A stretch of 24,000 nt of DNA from the NCBI GenBank assembly GCA_963722375.1, contig CAVRLI010000011.1, forward strand, positions 1 to 24,000. The letters are read 5' to 3'. Position numbers and translations under genes: made by a program. This document shows, piece by piece, positions 1 through 8,712 of this stretch; within the stretch, counting starts at the first letter, position 1, and the number at the start of each line of letters is the position of its first letter. Below the pieces are notes generated by a model. The model saw only the letters and a list, made by a program, of their open reading frames with translations, was not told the origin of the DNA and did no database searches. The DNA comes from an uncultured Actinomycetota bacterium. Its GTDB lineage: Bacteria; Actinomycetota; Actinomycetes; Sporichthyales; Sporichthyaceae.

Positions 1-66
1 AAGGCGCACGATGGGACCGGCGATGATTCTCCGGACCAGGAACCACCGCGACCAGCGACCCGCTAA
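1..66 (+). CDS. 3' end of an unidentified upstream CDS (partial)
   Basis: The frame is open from the window edge and reads ...KAHDGTGDDSPDQEPPRPATR, ending at TAA 64-66. There is no recognisable motif. It is kept only because the next gene starts 14 nt later. Confidence 0.15.
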   Translation, partial: KAHDGTGDDSPDQEPPRPATR

Positions 67-79
67 TTGAAGGGGCGTC

Positions 80-815
80 ATGACGAGGTGCGTGGACGCG
101 CCCGGCGGCGCAGTCATCGACGACGCCCTCTCGGCCGATCTCGCCGTCGCCTCGCTGATGCTTGCCCGCCGCTTCGCCGCAGGCGGCACCCTGTGGTGCA
201 TCTCCCCGCAGTGGGAGCCGCACGCCAATCACGTGGCCGTGGAGTTCGTGCACCCCGTCATCGTCGGGAAGAAGGCGCTGCCGGCGGTGGCGCTGACCGG
301 CCCGGACCTGGTCGGGACCGTGCGGGTGTCCGTGCGCCCGGGCGACGTGGTGCTGGCCGTCGCCTCCGCGGACGAGACCTCGGTGCGGTCGGTGATGCGG
401 CGGGCGCCCGCCTGGGGCGCGTCGACGTTGTGGATCGGCAACGGCGCGCGGCCGCACCCGGGGGCGGCCGACCACGTGCTCTGGTTGGACGATCCGGACC
501 CGCGGCTGCCCGCCACCGGCGGGTTCGTGTTGCTCTACCACCTGCTCTGGGAGCTCACCCACGTCTGCTTCGAGCATCCGGGCCTGCTGACCACACCGAC
601 CGAGTGCACCGAGGACGTGTGCGTCACCTGCTCGGACGAGGGCCGCCTGGCCGAGGTCGTCGCCGCCGTTGATCCGAGCCGGGCGCTGGTCCGCGCGGCC
701 GACGGCCCGGAGCACGTCGACACGATGCTCGTGGACGCGGTCGAGCCGGGCGACCTGCTGCTCATTCACGCCGGTGATGGCGATCAGCAAGCTCGACGAG
801 AGCCTGGGCCGATGA
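80..815 (+). pseudogene. SIS-like / HypC-like fusion protein of the hydrogenase maturation cluster, frameshifted as sequenced near 776
   Basis: ATG 80 is preceded by AAGGGG. The N-terminal part is SIS-like (LARRFAAGGTLWCISP...). The C-terminal part is HypC-like (CVTCSDEGRLAEVV...VDAVEPGDLLLIHAG). Removing the A at 776 gives HAGVAISKLDESLGR* with stop 813-815, which overlaps the next ATG as ATGA (812-815). As sequenced, the frame instead runs on into Arg/Pro-rich junk to 967. Confidence 0.7.
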
Positions 816-1471
816 CGGCGGAGGCGACCGGGTTCCTCTACCCTTCCTCGACGCCGAGGAGCGGGACCAGGACTCCTTGCTCACCGACCTCGCCGCCTCG
901 GCGCGAGCGAAGGCGGCGGAGAGTGCTGAGCTGCGGCGCAGCACGCTTGAGGACTGCGCGGCCCTGATCGAGGAGGCCGGCGGCGAGCTGGCCCGGCGGT
1001 TCGCCGCGGGCGGGCGGATGTTCACCTTCGGCAACGGCGGCAGCTCCACCGACGCCGCCACCCTTGCGGCCCTGTTCGCGCATCCGCCGCTGAACCGGGC
1101 GCTGCCGGCCTGGTCGCTCGCCGCCGACCAGGCCGTGCTCACCGCGCTCGGCAACGACGTCGGCTTCGACCTGGTGTTCGCGCGGCAGCTGATCGCCCGC
1201 GCCGGCGCCGGGCGACATCGCGGTGGCGCTGTCGACCAGCGGCAGCTCGCGGGACCTGACGGTCGCGTTCGCGGAGGCGAAGCAGCGCGGCATGTACACG
1301 GTGGGGTTCGCCGGCTACGACGGCGGACAGTTCGCCGGGAGCAGCGACGTCGATGTCTGCCTGACCGTGCGGTCGCAGAGCGTGCACCGCATCCAGGAAT
1401 CACAAGCCCTCGTCGGCTACCGCCTCTGGGCCGCCGTGCACGAGCACCTGACCGTTCTGGAGAACCGATGA
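812..1471 (+). pseudogene. SIS-domain protein, GmhA (phosphoheptose isomerase)-like, hydrogenase-cluster associated; two compensating frameshifts as sequenced
   Basis: ATG 812 (ATGA coupling) gives MTAEATGFLYP. The continuation FLDAEERDQDS...RMFTFGNGGSSTDA...LGNDVGFDLVFARQLIA is in frame 1, implying 1 nt lost near 838-845. PGDIAVALSTSGSSRDL...GYDGG...SVHRIQESQ returns to frame 2, implying 1 nt gained near 1204-1212. The stop is 1469-1471. GNGGS and STSG are classic SIS/GmhA motifs. Confidence 0.7.
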
Positions 1472-2584
1472 CGACGACGCGAGACGTGACGGTGCACCAC
1501 AACGGGCCGTCGTTCGCCGAGAGCGAGGTCATCGAGCGGATCGAGTCCTTCCGCAAGCGACGGCCGCGGCTGCTCGACGAGATCGTCACGATGTCGCACG
1601 GCGCCGGCGGCAAGTCCTCGGCCGCGCTCGTGGACGCGGTGTTCGTCGAGGGCTTCCGCAACGAGGCCCTCGAGCAGCTCGGGGACGGCGCGGTGCTCAC
1701 GCTGCCCAGCGGCGAGCGGCTCGCCTTCTCCACCGACTCCTTCGTCGTCCAGCCGTCTGCGCTTCCCCGGCGGCTCGATCGGCCACCTCGCGGTGCACGG
1801 GACCGTGAACGATCTGGCGATGGCGGGCGCGCGGCCGTCCTGGTTGTCCGCGGCCTTCGTGCTGGAGGAGGGCTTCCGCATCTCCGAGTTGCAGGAGATC
1901 GTCGCCGACATGGCGGCGGCGGCCCTGGCCGCCGGGGTGCAGATCGTCACCGGGGACACCAAGGTCGTCCCGACCGGTGCGGCCGACGGGCTGTTCATCA
2001 CCACCGCCGGCGTCGGCGTGATCCCGGCCGGCCGCCGGCTCGCGGCCGACCGCGTGCAGGCCGGCGACAAGGTCGTCATGTCGGGCTTCATCGGCGATCA
2101 CGGCATGGCCGTGATGCTGGCGCGGGAGGACCTCGAGCTGGAGGCGGACATCTCCTCCGACACCGCCGCGGTCAGCGATCTGGTCGAGACGATGCTGGCC
2201 GCCGCGCCGTCGACCCGCTGGATGCGCGACCCGACGCGCGGCGGGGTCGGCACGGTCTGCAACGAGCTGGCCCAGGTCACCGGGCTCGGCATCGTGCTCG
2301 ACGAGCGCGTGCTGCCGGTGCGCCCGGCCGTGCACGGCGCCTGCGAGATGCTCGGCATCGACCCGCTCTACGTCGCGAACGAGGGCAAGTTCCTCGCGGT
2401 GCTCGACCCCGCCGAGACCGACGCCGCGCTCGCGGCGATGCGGGCGCATCCCCTCGGCGGCGACGCCGTCGTGATCGGCGAGGTCACCGACAAGATCGGC
2501 GCCACCGTCGCCCTGCGCACGCAGTTCGGCGGCACCCGCATCGTCGACATGCTCGTCGGCGACCCGCTGCCGAGAATCTGTTAG
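1468..2584 (+). pseudogene. hypE: Hydrogenase maturation protein HypE (carbamoyl dehydratase), frameshifted as sequenced at about 1756
   Basis: ATG 1468 overlaps the upstream stop (ATGA). It reads ...TMSHGAGGKSSAALV...FSTDSFVVQP in frame 1, then PGGSIGHLAVHGTVNDLAMAGARP... to the C-terminal PRIC* in frame 2. Deleting the T at 1756 restores VVQPLRFPGGSIG. Confidence 0.9.
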
Positions 2585-2594
2585 GAGCAGGCGT

Positions 2595-2867
2595 ATGTGT
2601 CTGGGAATCCCGGGCCGGATCGTCGAGATCACCGACGCCGAGAACTATCTGGCCAAGGTCGAGGTCAACGGCGTGCGGCGGATCATCAGCGTCAAGCTGC
2701 TGGAGAAGGAGATGCCGGCGCCTGACGGCTGGGTGCTGGTCCACGTCGGGTTCGCGATGGCGAACATCGACGAGGAGGAGGCGCGCCTGACGCTGGAGGC
2801 GATGGAGAAGCTCGGCGAGGCCTACCGCGACGAGATAGCCGCCTTCGACAGCACCTCGATCCTGTAG
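2595..2867 (+). CDS. hypC: Hydrogenase assembly chaperone HypC/HupF
   Basis: 90 aa starting MCLGIPGRIVEI, with the ...WVLVHVGFAM motif typical of HypC. Confidence 0.92.
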   Translation: MCLGIPGRIVEITDAENYLAKVEVNGVRRIISVKLLEKEMPAPDGWVLVHVGFAMANIDEEEARLTLEAMEKLGEAYRDEIAAFDSTSIL

Positions 2868-2885
2868 ACCCCGGAAGGACATCTC

Positions 2886-4031
2886 ATGCGTTTCGTCGAT
2901 GAGTTCCGCGACCCGGCGGCGGCGCGGCTGTTGCTGGCCGCGATCGAGGACATGGCCGCGCCCGGTGCACCGGACGCCGAGCACTTCAAGTTCATGGAGG
3001 TGTGCGGCGGGCACACGCACACCATCTACCGGCACGGCCTCGAGCACGTGCTGCCGGACAACGTGGAGCTGGTGCACGGCCCGGGCTGTCCGGTCTGCGT
3101 GATCCCGATGGGCCGGGTCGACGACGCGATGTGGCTCGCCGAACAGCCGGACGTCATCTTCACCTCGTTCGGCGACATGATGCGCGTGCCCGGTTCGAAG
3201 GGCAGCCTGCTCGAGGCCAAGGCGCGCGGCGCCGACGTCCGCTTCGTCTACTCCCCGCTCGATGCGCTGAAGCTCGCCGTCGACAACCCGACGAAGAAGG
3301 TCGTGTTCTTCGCGGTCGGGTTCGAGACCACGGCGCCGTCCACGGCCGTCACCTTGATCCGGGCCCGTGAGCTCGGGGTGAGCAACTTCAGCGTGTTCTC
3401 CAACCACGTCACGATCGTGCCGCCGCTCAAGGCGATCCTGGACTCCCCCGACATGCGCCTGTCCGGGTTCCTCGGTCCCGGCCACGTCTCGACCGTGGTC
3501 GGCAACCGGCCCTACCGCTTCGTGCCCGAGGTCTACGGCAAGCCGATCGTGGTGGCGGGCTTCGAACCGCTGGACATCCTCGCCTCGGTCGCCATGCTGC
3601 TCCGGCAGATCCGCGAGGGCCGCTGCGAGGTGGAGAACCAGTACGGGCGCGTCGTCCGCGAGGAGGGCAACCCGGCCGCGCTCAATCTGATGGCCCAGGT
3701 CTTCGAGCTGCGCCCGCACTTCGAGTGGCGTGGCCTCGGCTTCATCTCCCAGAGCGGGTTGCGCCTCAACGCCGACTTCGCGGCGTGGGACACCGAGCGG
3801 CTCTACGACATGCCCGGCATCCGCGTCGCCGACCCGAAGGCCTGCCAGTGCGGCGAGGTGCTCAAGGGCGTGCTCAAACCGTGGGAGTGCAAGGTGTTCG
3901 GCACCGCGTGCACCCCGGAGACGCCGATCGGCACCTGCATGGTCTCGCCCGAAGGTGCCTGCGCGGCCTACTACAACTTCGGCCGGATGCACCGCGACGC
4001 CGCCCAGTTGGTGGGGCAGAGCGGCGGATGA
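2886..4031 (+). CDS. hypD: Hydrogenase maturation Fe-S protein HypD
   Basis: 381 aa. It carries the MEVCGGHTH and GPGCPVCV motifs and a C-terminal Cys-rich region (CQCGEVLKG...CKVFGTACTPETPIGTCMVSPEGAC). Confidence 0.93.
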   Translation: MRFVDEFRDPAAARLLLAAIEDMAAPGAPDAEHFKFMEVCGGHTHTIYRHGLEHVLPDNVELVHGPGCPVCVIPMGRVDDAMWLAEQPDVIFTSFGDMMRVPGSKGSLLEAKARGADVRFVYSPLDALKLAVDNPTKKVVFFAVGFETTAPSTAVTLIRARELGVSNFSVFSNHVTIVPPLKAILDSPDMRLSGFLGPGHVSTVVGNRPYRFVPEVYGKPIVVAGFEPLDILASVAMLLRQIREGRCEVENQYGRVVREEGNPAALNLMAQVFELRPHFEWRGLGFISQSGLRLNADFAAWDTERLYDMPGIRVADPKACQCGEVLKGVLKPWECKVFGTACTPETPIGTCMVSPEGACAAYYNFGRMHRDAAQLVGQSGG

Positions 4032-4810
4032 GCGGGCCCTGGCTGTTCGCCCGGTACGCCTACGCGCCCAACAAGCTCGGGTACTGCGGGCCGCCGGAAT
4101 CGGCGACGCTGGCGACCGCGGGTGTCGACGTCGCGCAGGCCGCCGAGGTCGACGTCCGCGCAGCGGCCCGGCGGTTCTCCGGGGCCTGGCACTACCTGGA
4201 GGTGCTGGCCAAGCTGACCGGCATCGACGACCCGCTGGATCAGCGCGTCGTCGAGTCCTACTGGCTCGGCGGCGGGGTGAACGAGCAGATCAGCGCGGAG
4301 GAGTTCGGTGAGGAACTGCTCGCTCGTATCGCCCCGGAGGCGGGGCACTACTGGGCCCACCTCACGCCGGACCTGATCGGTGAGGCTGCCGGCGACCACG
4401 GCTTCCACGTGCTGGGCGTCTACCCGTGGTCGCGCATGCTCGGCAAGTTCGGCGCGTGCGCGACTCCCCCGCCGCCCGGAGCCACTCCCTCACACCCGCT
4501 GCATGTGCTCGACCGCTGCCGCATCCGGTGGGGCACCGTGCTGTCTCGTGAGAACGAGGAGATCGTCGTCGCGTCGCGGCATCTGCTGTGGGACGGCACC
4601 GCGCTGAGCCTGTCCGAGCCGGCGGAGGAGACCGTGGCGGTGGCCGTCGACGGACTGAGCTTCCTGCCCGACGTCGCGCCCGGGGACCACGTCGCCCTGC
4701 ACTGGGAATGGCTCTGCGACCGCCTGTCCGCCGACCAGGTCACCCGGCTGGAGACGAGCACGCTCGATCAGATCGAGAAGACGAACCGCAGGCTGGCTCA
4801 GGAGAGCTGA
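4028..4810 (+). CDS. Conserved hypothetical protein of actinobacterial hyp clusters (DUF6390-like, from memory)
   Basis: ATG 4028 overlaps the hypD stop (ATGA). It is 260 aa and starts MSGPWLFARYAYAPNKLGYCGPP. GC3-rich codon usage runs throughout. The longer ORF from 3725 merely overlaps hypD out of frame. Confidence 0.7.
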   Translation: MSGPWLFARYAYAPNKLGYCGPPESATLATAGVDVAQAAEVDVRAAARRFSGAWHYLEVLAKLTGIDDPLDQRVVESYWLGGGVNEQISAEEFGEELLARIAPEAGHYWAHLTPDLIGEAAGDHGFHVLGVYPWSRMLGKFGACATPPPPGATPSHPLHVLDRCRIRWGTVLSRENEEIVVASRHLLWDGTALSLSEPAEETVAVAVDGLSFLPDVAPGDHVALHWEWLCDRLSADQVTRLETSTLDQIEKTNRRLAQES

Positions 4811-4900
4811 GCGGAGGTCTCTAATGCCCGCAGGACCAGATTTCGACCTCCCGCGAGGCCGAATCTTGTCGCCAGGGCATTAGACAGCACGCTCCGCTCA
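4808..4900. terminator. Long imperfect multi-stem hairpin between convergent genes (bidirectional terminator or REP/MITE-like element)
   Basis: TGAGCGGAG (4808-4816) pairs with CTCCGCTCA (4892-4900). TCTAATGCCC (4820-4829) pairs with GGGCATTAGA (4875-4884). An inner arm, GGACCAGATTTCGACCTC against GAGGCCGAATCTTGTCG, pairs at about 14 of 18 positions. The structure is centred near 4852-4855 and is less GC-rich than its surroundings. Confidence 0.6.
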
Positions 4901-4931
4901 TCAATGAGCGACCAAACGGGCGGCCCGGGGG

Positions 4932-6512
4932 TCAGGCGCGTTCGAGCACCGACACCACACCGGCGTCGCCGTCGACGCGGACGAGGTCGCCGGTGCGCAG
5001 GTCGCGGGTGCCGCTGCGGGTGTTCACCACGCAGGGCAGGCCGAGCTCGCGGGCGACCACCGCGGCGTGCGAGAGCGCGGAGCCGATGTCGACGACCAGG
5101 GCCGCGGAGATGAACATGACCGAGGACCAGGACGGGTCGGTGGTGGGCGCGACCAGGATCTCGTCGGGCTCGACCTCGTCGAAGTCCGGCGAGAGCAGCA
5201 CCCGCACGCGGCCTTCGACGACGCCGCCGCTGGCGGCGATTCCGCTGACGGTGTCGACCGCCTCGGTCGCGGCCTGGATCGGCACCGGGGTTCCGGTCCA
5301 GCTGCCGGGCAGCACCAGCGCCTGGTACTCCGCGCGCCGCGCCCGCCGGAGCGCGACCAGTTCGCGAACGTCCCGCGGCGGGCCGAGCATCAGCTCGCGC
5401 CAGGTCAGGTAGAACGCGTCGTCGGGGTCGTCGAGCAGTCCGTCGGAGGCCAGCAACTGGCCGAGGCGGCGGGCGGCGGCGCGGGTGCCGTCGATGCCCT
5501 GCAGGAAGGAGCGCTTGCCGACGCCGCGCATCGGGATCCGCTTGGCCGCGAGATCGAGGACGGCGGAGACCGCGGGGCGCTGCCAGGCCGGCACCGCGGC
5601 GAGCACCTCGGCCCGGGCGGCCCGCTCGCCCTCGATGCGGCGGTGCTCGATCTCGGTCGGTGCGGCGGAGTCGGGCTCGTCGGCGTAGCGGGCGATCAGC
5701 GCGGTCAGCGGGCTCGGGTCCTCCCGCCACACCCGGCTGGAGACCTCGCCCTCGGCCGGGCCGTGGAAGCCGTGGCTGGCCACGACCTGATCCAACGTCA
5801 GTTCCTTGCGGGATGCGCGCCAGATGTCGGAGACCACGGCCATCTCGGCGCCACCGGAGCCGGACAGGGCGCCGACGTCGCCGGCGCCGGCCTTCTCGAC
5901 GACCTTGGTGAGCAGGTCGTAGACCGGCGACACGCAGGTCATCAGGCACAGGGTGTGCAGGGTCAGGGTGCGGCCGAACCACATCATCCCGGTGCGCAGG
6001 CCGGTGATCGCCTCGCCGCGGTCCCACGTCGCGGCGGTGCGGGTGTGCTCGTTCCACCAGGCGTCGGTCTCGCGGGCCAGGCGGCGTACCTGGCCGGGCG
6101 CGAACACGGTGATGCCGGGCAGCTTCGCGGCGACGGCCGGATAGTGGCTACGGGTCGCGGTGTAGTCGAGGTCCTCGGGAATGCGGCCGAAGATGCCGGC
6201 GGCGACCTGCTCCCCCGACGTGCCGGGCATCCGGTTGCCGACGGTGGCGAGGAACTGCACCTGCATCGCCATCCGGCCACAGAACACCCGGACGACCCGG
6301 TCCTCGATGTTCGGTGGGTTGAACCGTTCCGCGGGCGTGAGCGCACCCGCGCGGAACAACGCCTCACGGGCGGCCTGCTCGCCGATGTGGCCCCACAGCG
6401 ACCAGCCCAACGGGCTGAGCACGCCCGGGGCGGCCTCGCCCATGTTGTCGGTCGACCAGAGGACGTCCTCGGCCGTCGGGTCATTGAGGTTGTCCCAGGA
6501 CTCGCCGCTCAT
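4932..6512 (-). CDS. PEP-utilising-enzyme mobile (phosphohistidine swivel) domain protein
   Basis: 526 aa. The C-terminal GSALSHAAVVARELGLPCVV matches the PpsA/PPDK/rifampin-phosphotransferase swivel-His motif. I could not recognise an N-terminal ATP-grasp domain. Confidence 0.75.
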   Translation of the reverse strand: MSGESWDNLNDPTAEDVLWSTDNMGEAAPGVLSPLGWSLWGHIGEQAAREALFRAGALTPAERFNPPNIEDRVVRVFCGRMAMQVQFLATVGNRMPGTSGEQVAAGIFGRIPEDLDYTATRSHYPAVAAKLPGITVFAPGQVRRLARETDAWWNEHTRTAATWDRGEAITGLRTGMMWFGRTLTLHTLCLMTCVSPVYDLLTKVVEKAGAGDVGALSGSGGAEMAVVSDIWRASRKELTLDQVVASHGFHGPAEGEVSSRVWREDPSPLTALIARYADEPDSAAPTEIEHRRIEGERAARAEVLAAVPAWQRPAVSAVLDLAAKRIPMRGVGKRSFLQGIDGTRAAARRLGQLLASDGLLDDPDDAFYLTWRELMLGPPRDVRELVALRRARRAEYQALVLPGSWTGTPVPIQAATEAVDTVSGIAASGGVVEGRVRVLLSPDFDEVEPDEILVAPTTDPSWSSVMFISAALVVDIGSALSHAAVVARELGLPCVVNTRSGTRDLRTGDLVRVDGDAGVVSVLERA

Positions 6513-6539
6513 GGAGTCACCCTACCGGACAAACCGTCT

Positions 6540-6557
6540 GGACTAACTGTCTAGTCC
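6540..6557. promoter_or_regulatory. Perfect inverted repeat GGACTA-N6-TAGTCC upstream of the PEP-utilising gene (candidate operator)
   Basis: GGACTA (6540-6545), actgtc, TAGTCC (6552-6557). It lies 28-45 nt upstream of the minus-strand start at 6512 and overlaps the SDR stop codon. Confidence 0.35.
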
Positions 6558-7390
6558 CCGGGCCGCGGGGTCTGCCACGGCATCAGCGACCGCATCTCCA
6601 GGCCGCCGTCGACCGGAAGCACCGTGCCGGTGACGTAGGCGCTGGCGGTCGACGCGAGGAACAGCGCAGCGTGGGCGACGTCCTCGGGGCGACCGGCCTT
6701 CGGCGGCTCGGGACGGCGCCAGGCATCGGGACGCGGATCGGGCTCGACGCCGCGGCGGCGTTCGCGCGTCGCCGTGGTCGACCGCGGATCGAGCCGACCC
6801 GGATCGCGTTCGCGCGCACGCCGAGGTGGCCGTAGCCGGCGGCGACCGAACGGGTCATCGCCTCCAGGCCGGCCTTGCCGGCGCTGTAGGCGTCGAAGCC
6901 CGGCATCGCCTGGGCGGCGGCGATCGAGGAGATGTTGACGATCGCGGACCGGCCCGAGCGGATCAGCGCCGGCAGAGCAGTGATGGGTCGTCAGATACGC
7001 GCCGGTCAGGGTGGAGTCGAACACCGCGGCGAAGTTCTCCGGGGTCATCTCCCCGACCGGGCCGTCGACCGAGCGGGTGTGCAGCAGGTCCGTGGGGCCG
7101 GCGTTGTTGACCAGCACCGACAGGTCTCCGCACGCGGCGGCCAAGGTGCGCACGTCGGTGTCGGAGGTGACGTTCGCAGGGACGAACTCGATGCCGGTCT
7201 CGGCGGCGAAGGCATCGCCCCGTTCGCGATTGCGGCCGCACACCACGACCTTGGCCCCGCGGTCACGGAACAGCACGGCGATGGCCGCCCCGATCCCACT
7301 GGTGCCACCGGTGACCAGCACTGACTCGCCGTCGAGGCGGAAGGGATCGTCACTCACACCAGCGAACGCTACGCCCAGAAAGTCGCACAC
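6551..7390 (-). pseudogene. Short-chain dehydrogenase/reductase (SDR), two compensating frameshifts as sequenced
   Basis: The N-terminus reads VLVTGGTSGIGAAIA...LVNNAGP and the C-terminus reads GRPEDVAHAALFLASTASAYVTGTVLPVDGG, both in one frame. The catalytic middle segment (ALPALIRSGRSAIVNISSIAAAQAMPGFDAYSAGKAGLEAMTRSVA...VRANAIRVGSI) is in another frame. The shifts are near 6985-6987 (a GGG run) and 6783-6790. The start may be GTG 7357 (VSDDPFRL...) rather than GTG 7390. Confidence 0.75.
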
Positions 7391-7435
7391 TCAATGGTCT
7401 AGTGCCTGACTATTGCGCTGGGTTAGCGTCGGACG

Positions 7436-8707
7436 GTGACCTGCCCGCACGACGACCTGTTCACGACCGCCACCACCGAGCTGGTGCGCTGCCCGTATCC
7501 GGTCTACGCGCATCTGCGCGGCGAGCACCCGGTGCAGTGGATCCCGGCGCTGACCGCCTTCGCCGTCACCCGGCACGCCGACGTCCTCGACGTCCTGCTC
7601 CGTCCCGAGGACTGGTCCTCCACCCGGCAGTCCGGCCCGGGCGCGGCCACCACCCTGGCCCGCGCCGCCGCGGAGGATCCCGCCTACCCCGACCGGGTCC
7701 GCGCGGCGGCGGTGCGCCGGATCGGGATCGCGGAGAAGGGCGCGGCGCTGGTCAACTGCGACCCGCCCCGGCACGGTCAGCAGCGCACGATGATGAACAA
7801 GGTCTTCTCCCCGCGCCGGGTCGCATTGCTCAAGCCGCCGATCCAGGAGCTGACCACGTCGCTGATCGAGACGTTCGCCGGCCGGGGCGAGGCCGACATC
7901 GTCGCCGAGCTCGCGACCCCGCTGCCGATGACGGTGATCGCCCGCGCGCTGGGCATCGAGCGCATGGACCTGGCGACGCTCAAGCGCTGGTCGGACGCGT
8001 TCGTGCGCGCCAACGGCCGGCCGAACTTCACCCGCGAGGAGATCAGCGCGCTGATCCTGTCGCTGGACGAGTGCTACGACTTCTTCGAGGCCGAGATGGC
8101 GGACCGGCTCGCGAACCCGCGCGAGGACCTGGTCACCGACGTCGCGCAGGCCGACCTCTGCCACGAGGAGCGGCTGCAGATGCTGACGCTGTTCCTCATC
8201 GGCGGCAACGAGACCACGAACAGCCTGATCGCCTCCTGTGTCTGGCTGCTCTGCCAACAGCCCGAACTGCAGGACCGCCTCCGCGAGGATCCGTCGCTGA
8301 TCCCGCCGTTCGTCGAGGAGACGCTGCGGATCGAGCCACCGGTGCAGGGCCTGTTCCGTTTCGCGACCCGCGACACTACGGCCGGCGGCGTCCCGATGCC
8401 GGCGGGCACCTTCGTCTGGCTCGTCTACGGCTCGGCCAACCGCGACGACGCGCAATTCCCCGAGCCGGAGGAGCTGCGCCTGGACCGCGGGGCCGAGGGC
8501 CGACGGCACCTCACGTTCGCGCAGGGCCCGCACTTCTGCCTCGGCGCCCCGCTGGCCAGGGCCGAGGCGCGGATCGCGGTGCAGACCCTGCTGGCCCGGA
8601 CGCGTAACCTCGCACTTGCCCCCGACGAGGATGCGAACTCCTGGGCGCCCAACCTCGTCCAGCACAACCTGACCCGACTGAAAGTGGTGTTCACACCGAG
8701 TGGGTGA
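7436..8707 (+). CDS. Cytochrome P450
   Basis: 423 aa with a GTG start. It has the I-helix GGNETT, the EETLR (ExxR) motif and the haem-binding loop FAQGPHFCLGAPLA. Confidence 0.9.
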   Translation: MTCPHDDLFTTATTELVRCPYPVYAHLRGEHPVQWIPALTAFAVTRHADVLDVLLRPEDWSSTRQSGPGAATTLARAAAEDPAYPDRVRAAAVRRIGIAEKGAALVNCDPPRHGQQRTMMNKVFSPRRVALLKPPIQELTTSLIETFAGRGEADIVAELATPLPMTVIARALGIERMDLATLKRWSDAFVRANGRPNFTREEISALILSLDECYDFFEAEMADRLANPREDLVTDVAQADLCHEERLQMLTLFLIGGNETTNSLIASCVWLLCQQPELQDRLREDPSLIPPFVEETLRIEPPVQGLFRFATRDTTAGGVPMPAGTFVWLVYGSANRDDAQFPEPEELRLDRGAEGRRHLTFAQGPHFCLGAPLARAEARIAVQTLLARTRNLALAPDEDANSWAPNLVQHNLTRLKVVFTPSG

Positions 8708-8712
8708 GCAAG

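Noticed and set aside
877-2790. A 637-aa ORF that appears to span the SIS gene, hypE and hypC.
   Set aside because: It is a chimera. Only segments of it match real proteins (GmhA-like 877 to about 1210, and the HypE N-terminus 1468-1755). The rest is out-of-frame read-through made possible by the absence of stops.
2484-3992. A 502-aa ORF antisense to hypD. Similar long antisense or alternate-frame ORFs occur at 5067-6554, 4798-6057, 7391-8665, 7402-8607, 9240-10355, 13734-15143, 15399-16682, 16391-17500, 17313-18566 and 18998-20257.
   Set aside because: All overlap genes that have strong motif support on the other strand or frame. Their translations are Arg/Pro/Gly/Ala-rich with no motifs. 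This is the expected stop-codon-poor artefact of very GC-rich DNA.
3725-4027. An extension of the 4028-4810 gene back to 3725. There is an analogous extension of the YceI-like gene from 20369 back to 20261.
   Set aside because: The 3725 extension overlaps hypD out of frame, and ATG 4028 gives classic ATGA coupling. The 20261 extension starts inside the AT-rich promoter region and adds no conserved residues.
7398-7413. TAGT-gcctg-ACTA in the SDR/P450 divergent region, which shares the heptamer GTCTAGT with the 6540-6557 palindrome.
   Set aside because: The arms are only 4 bp, and a single shared 7-mer in 48 kb of two-strand sequence is within chance expectation.
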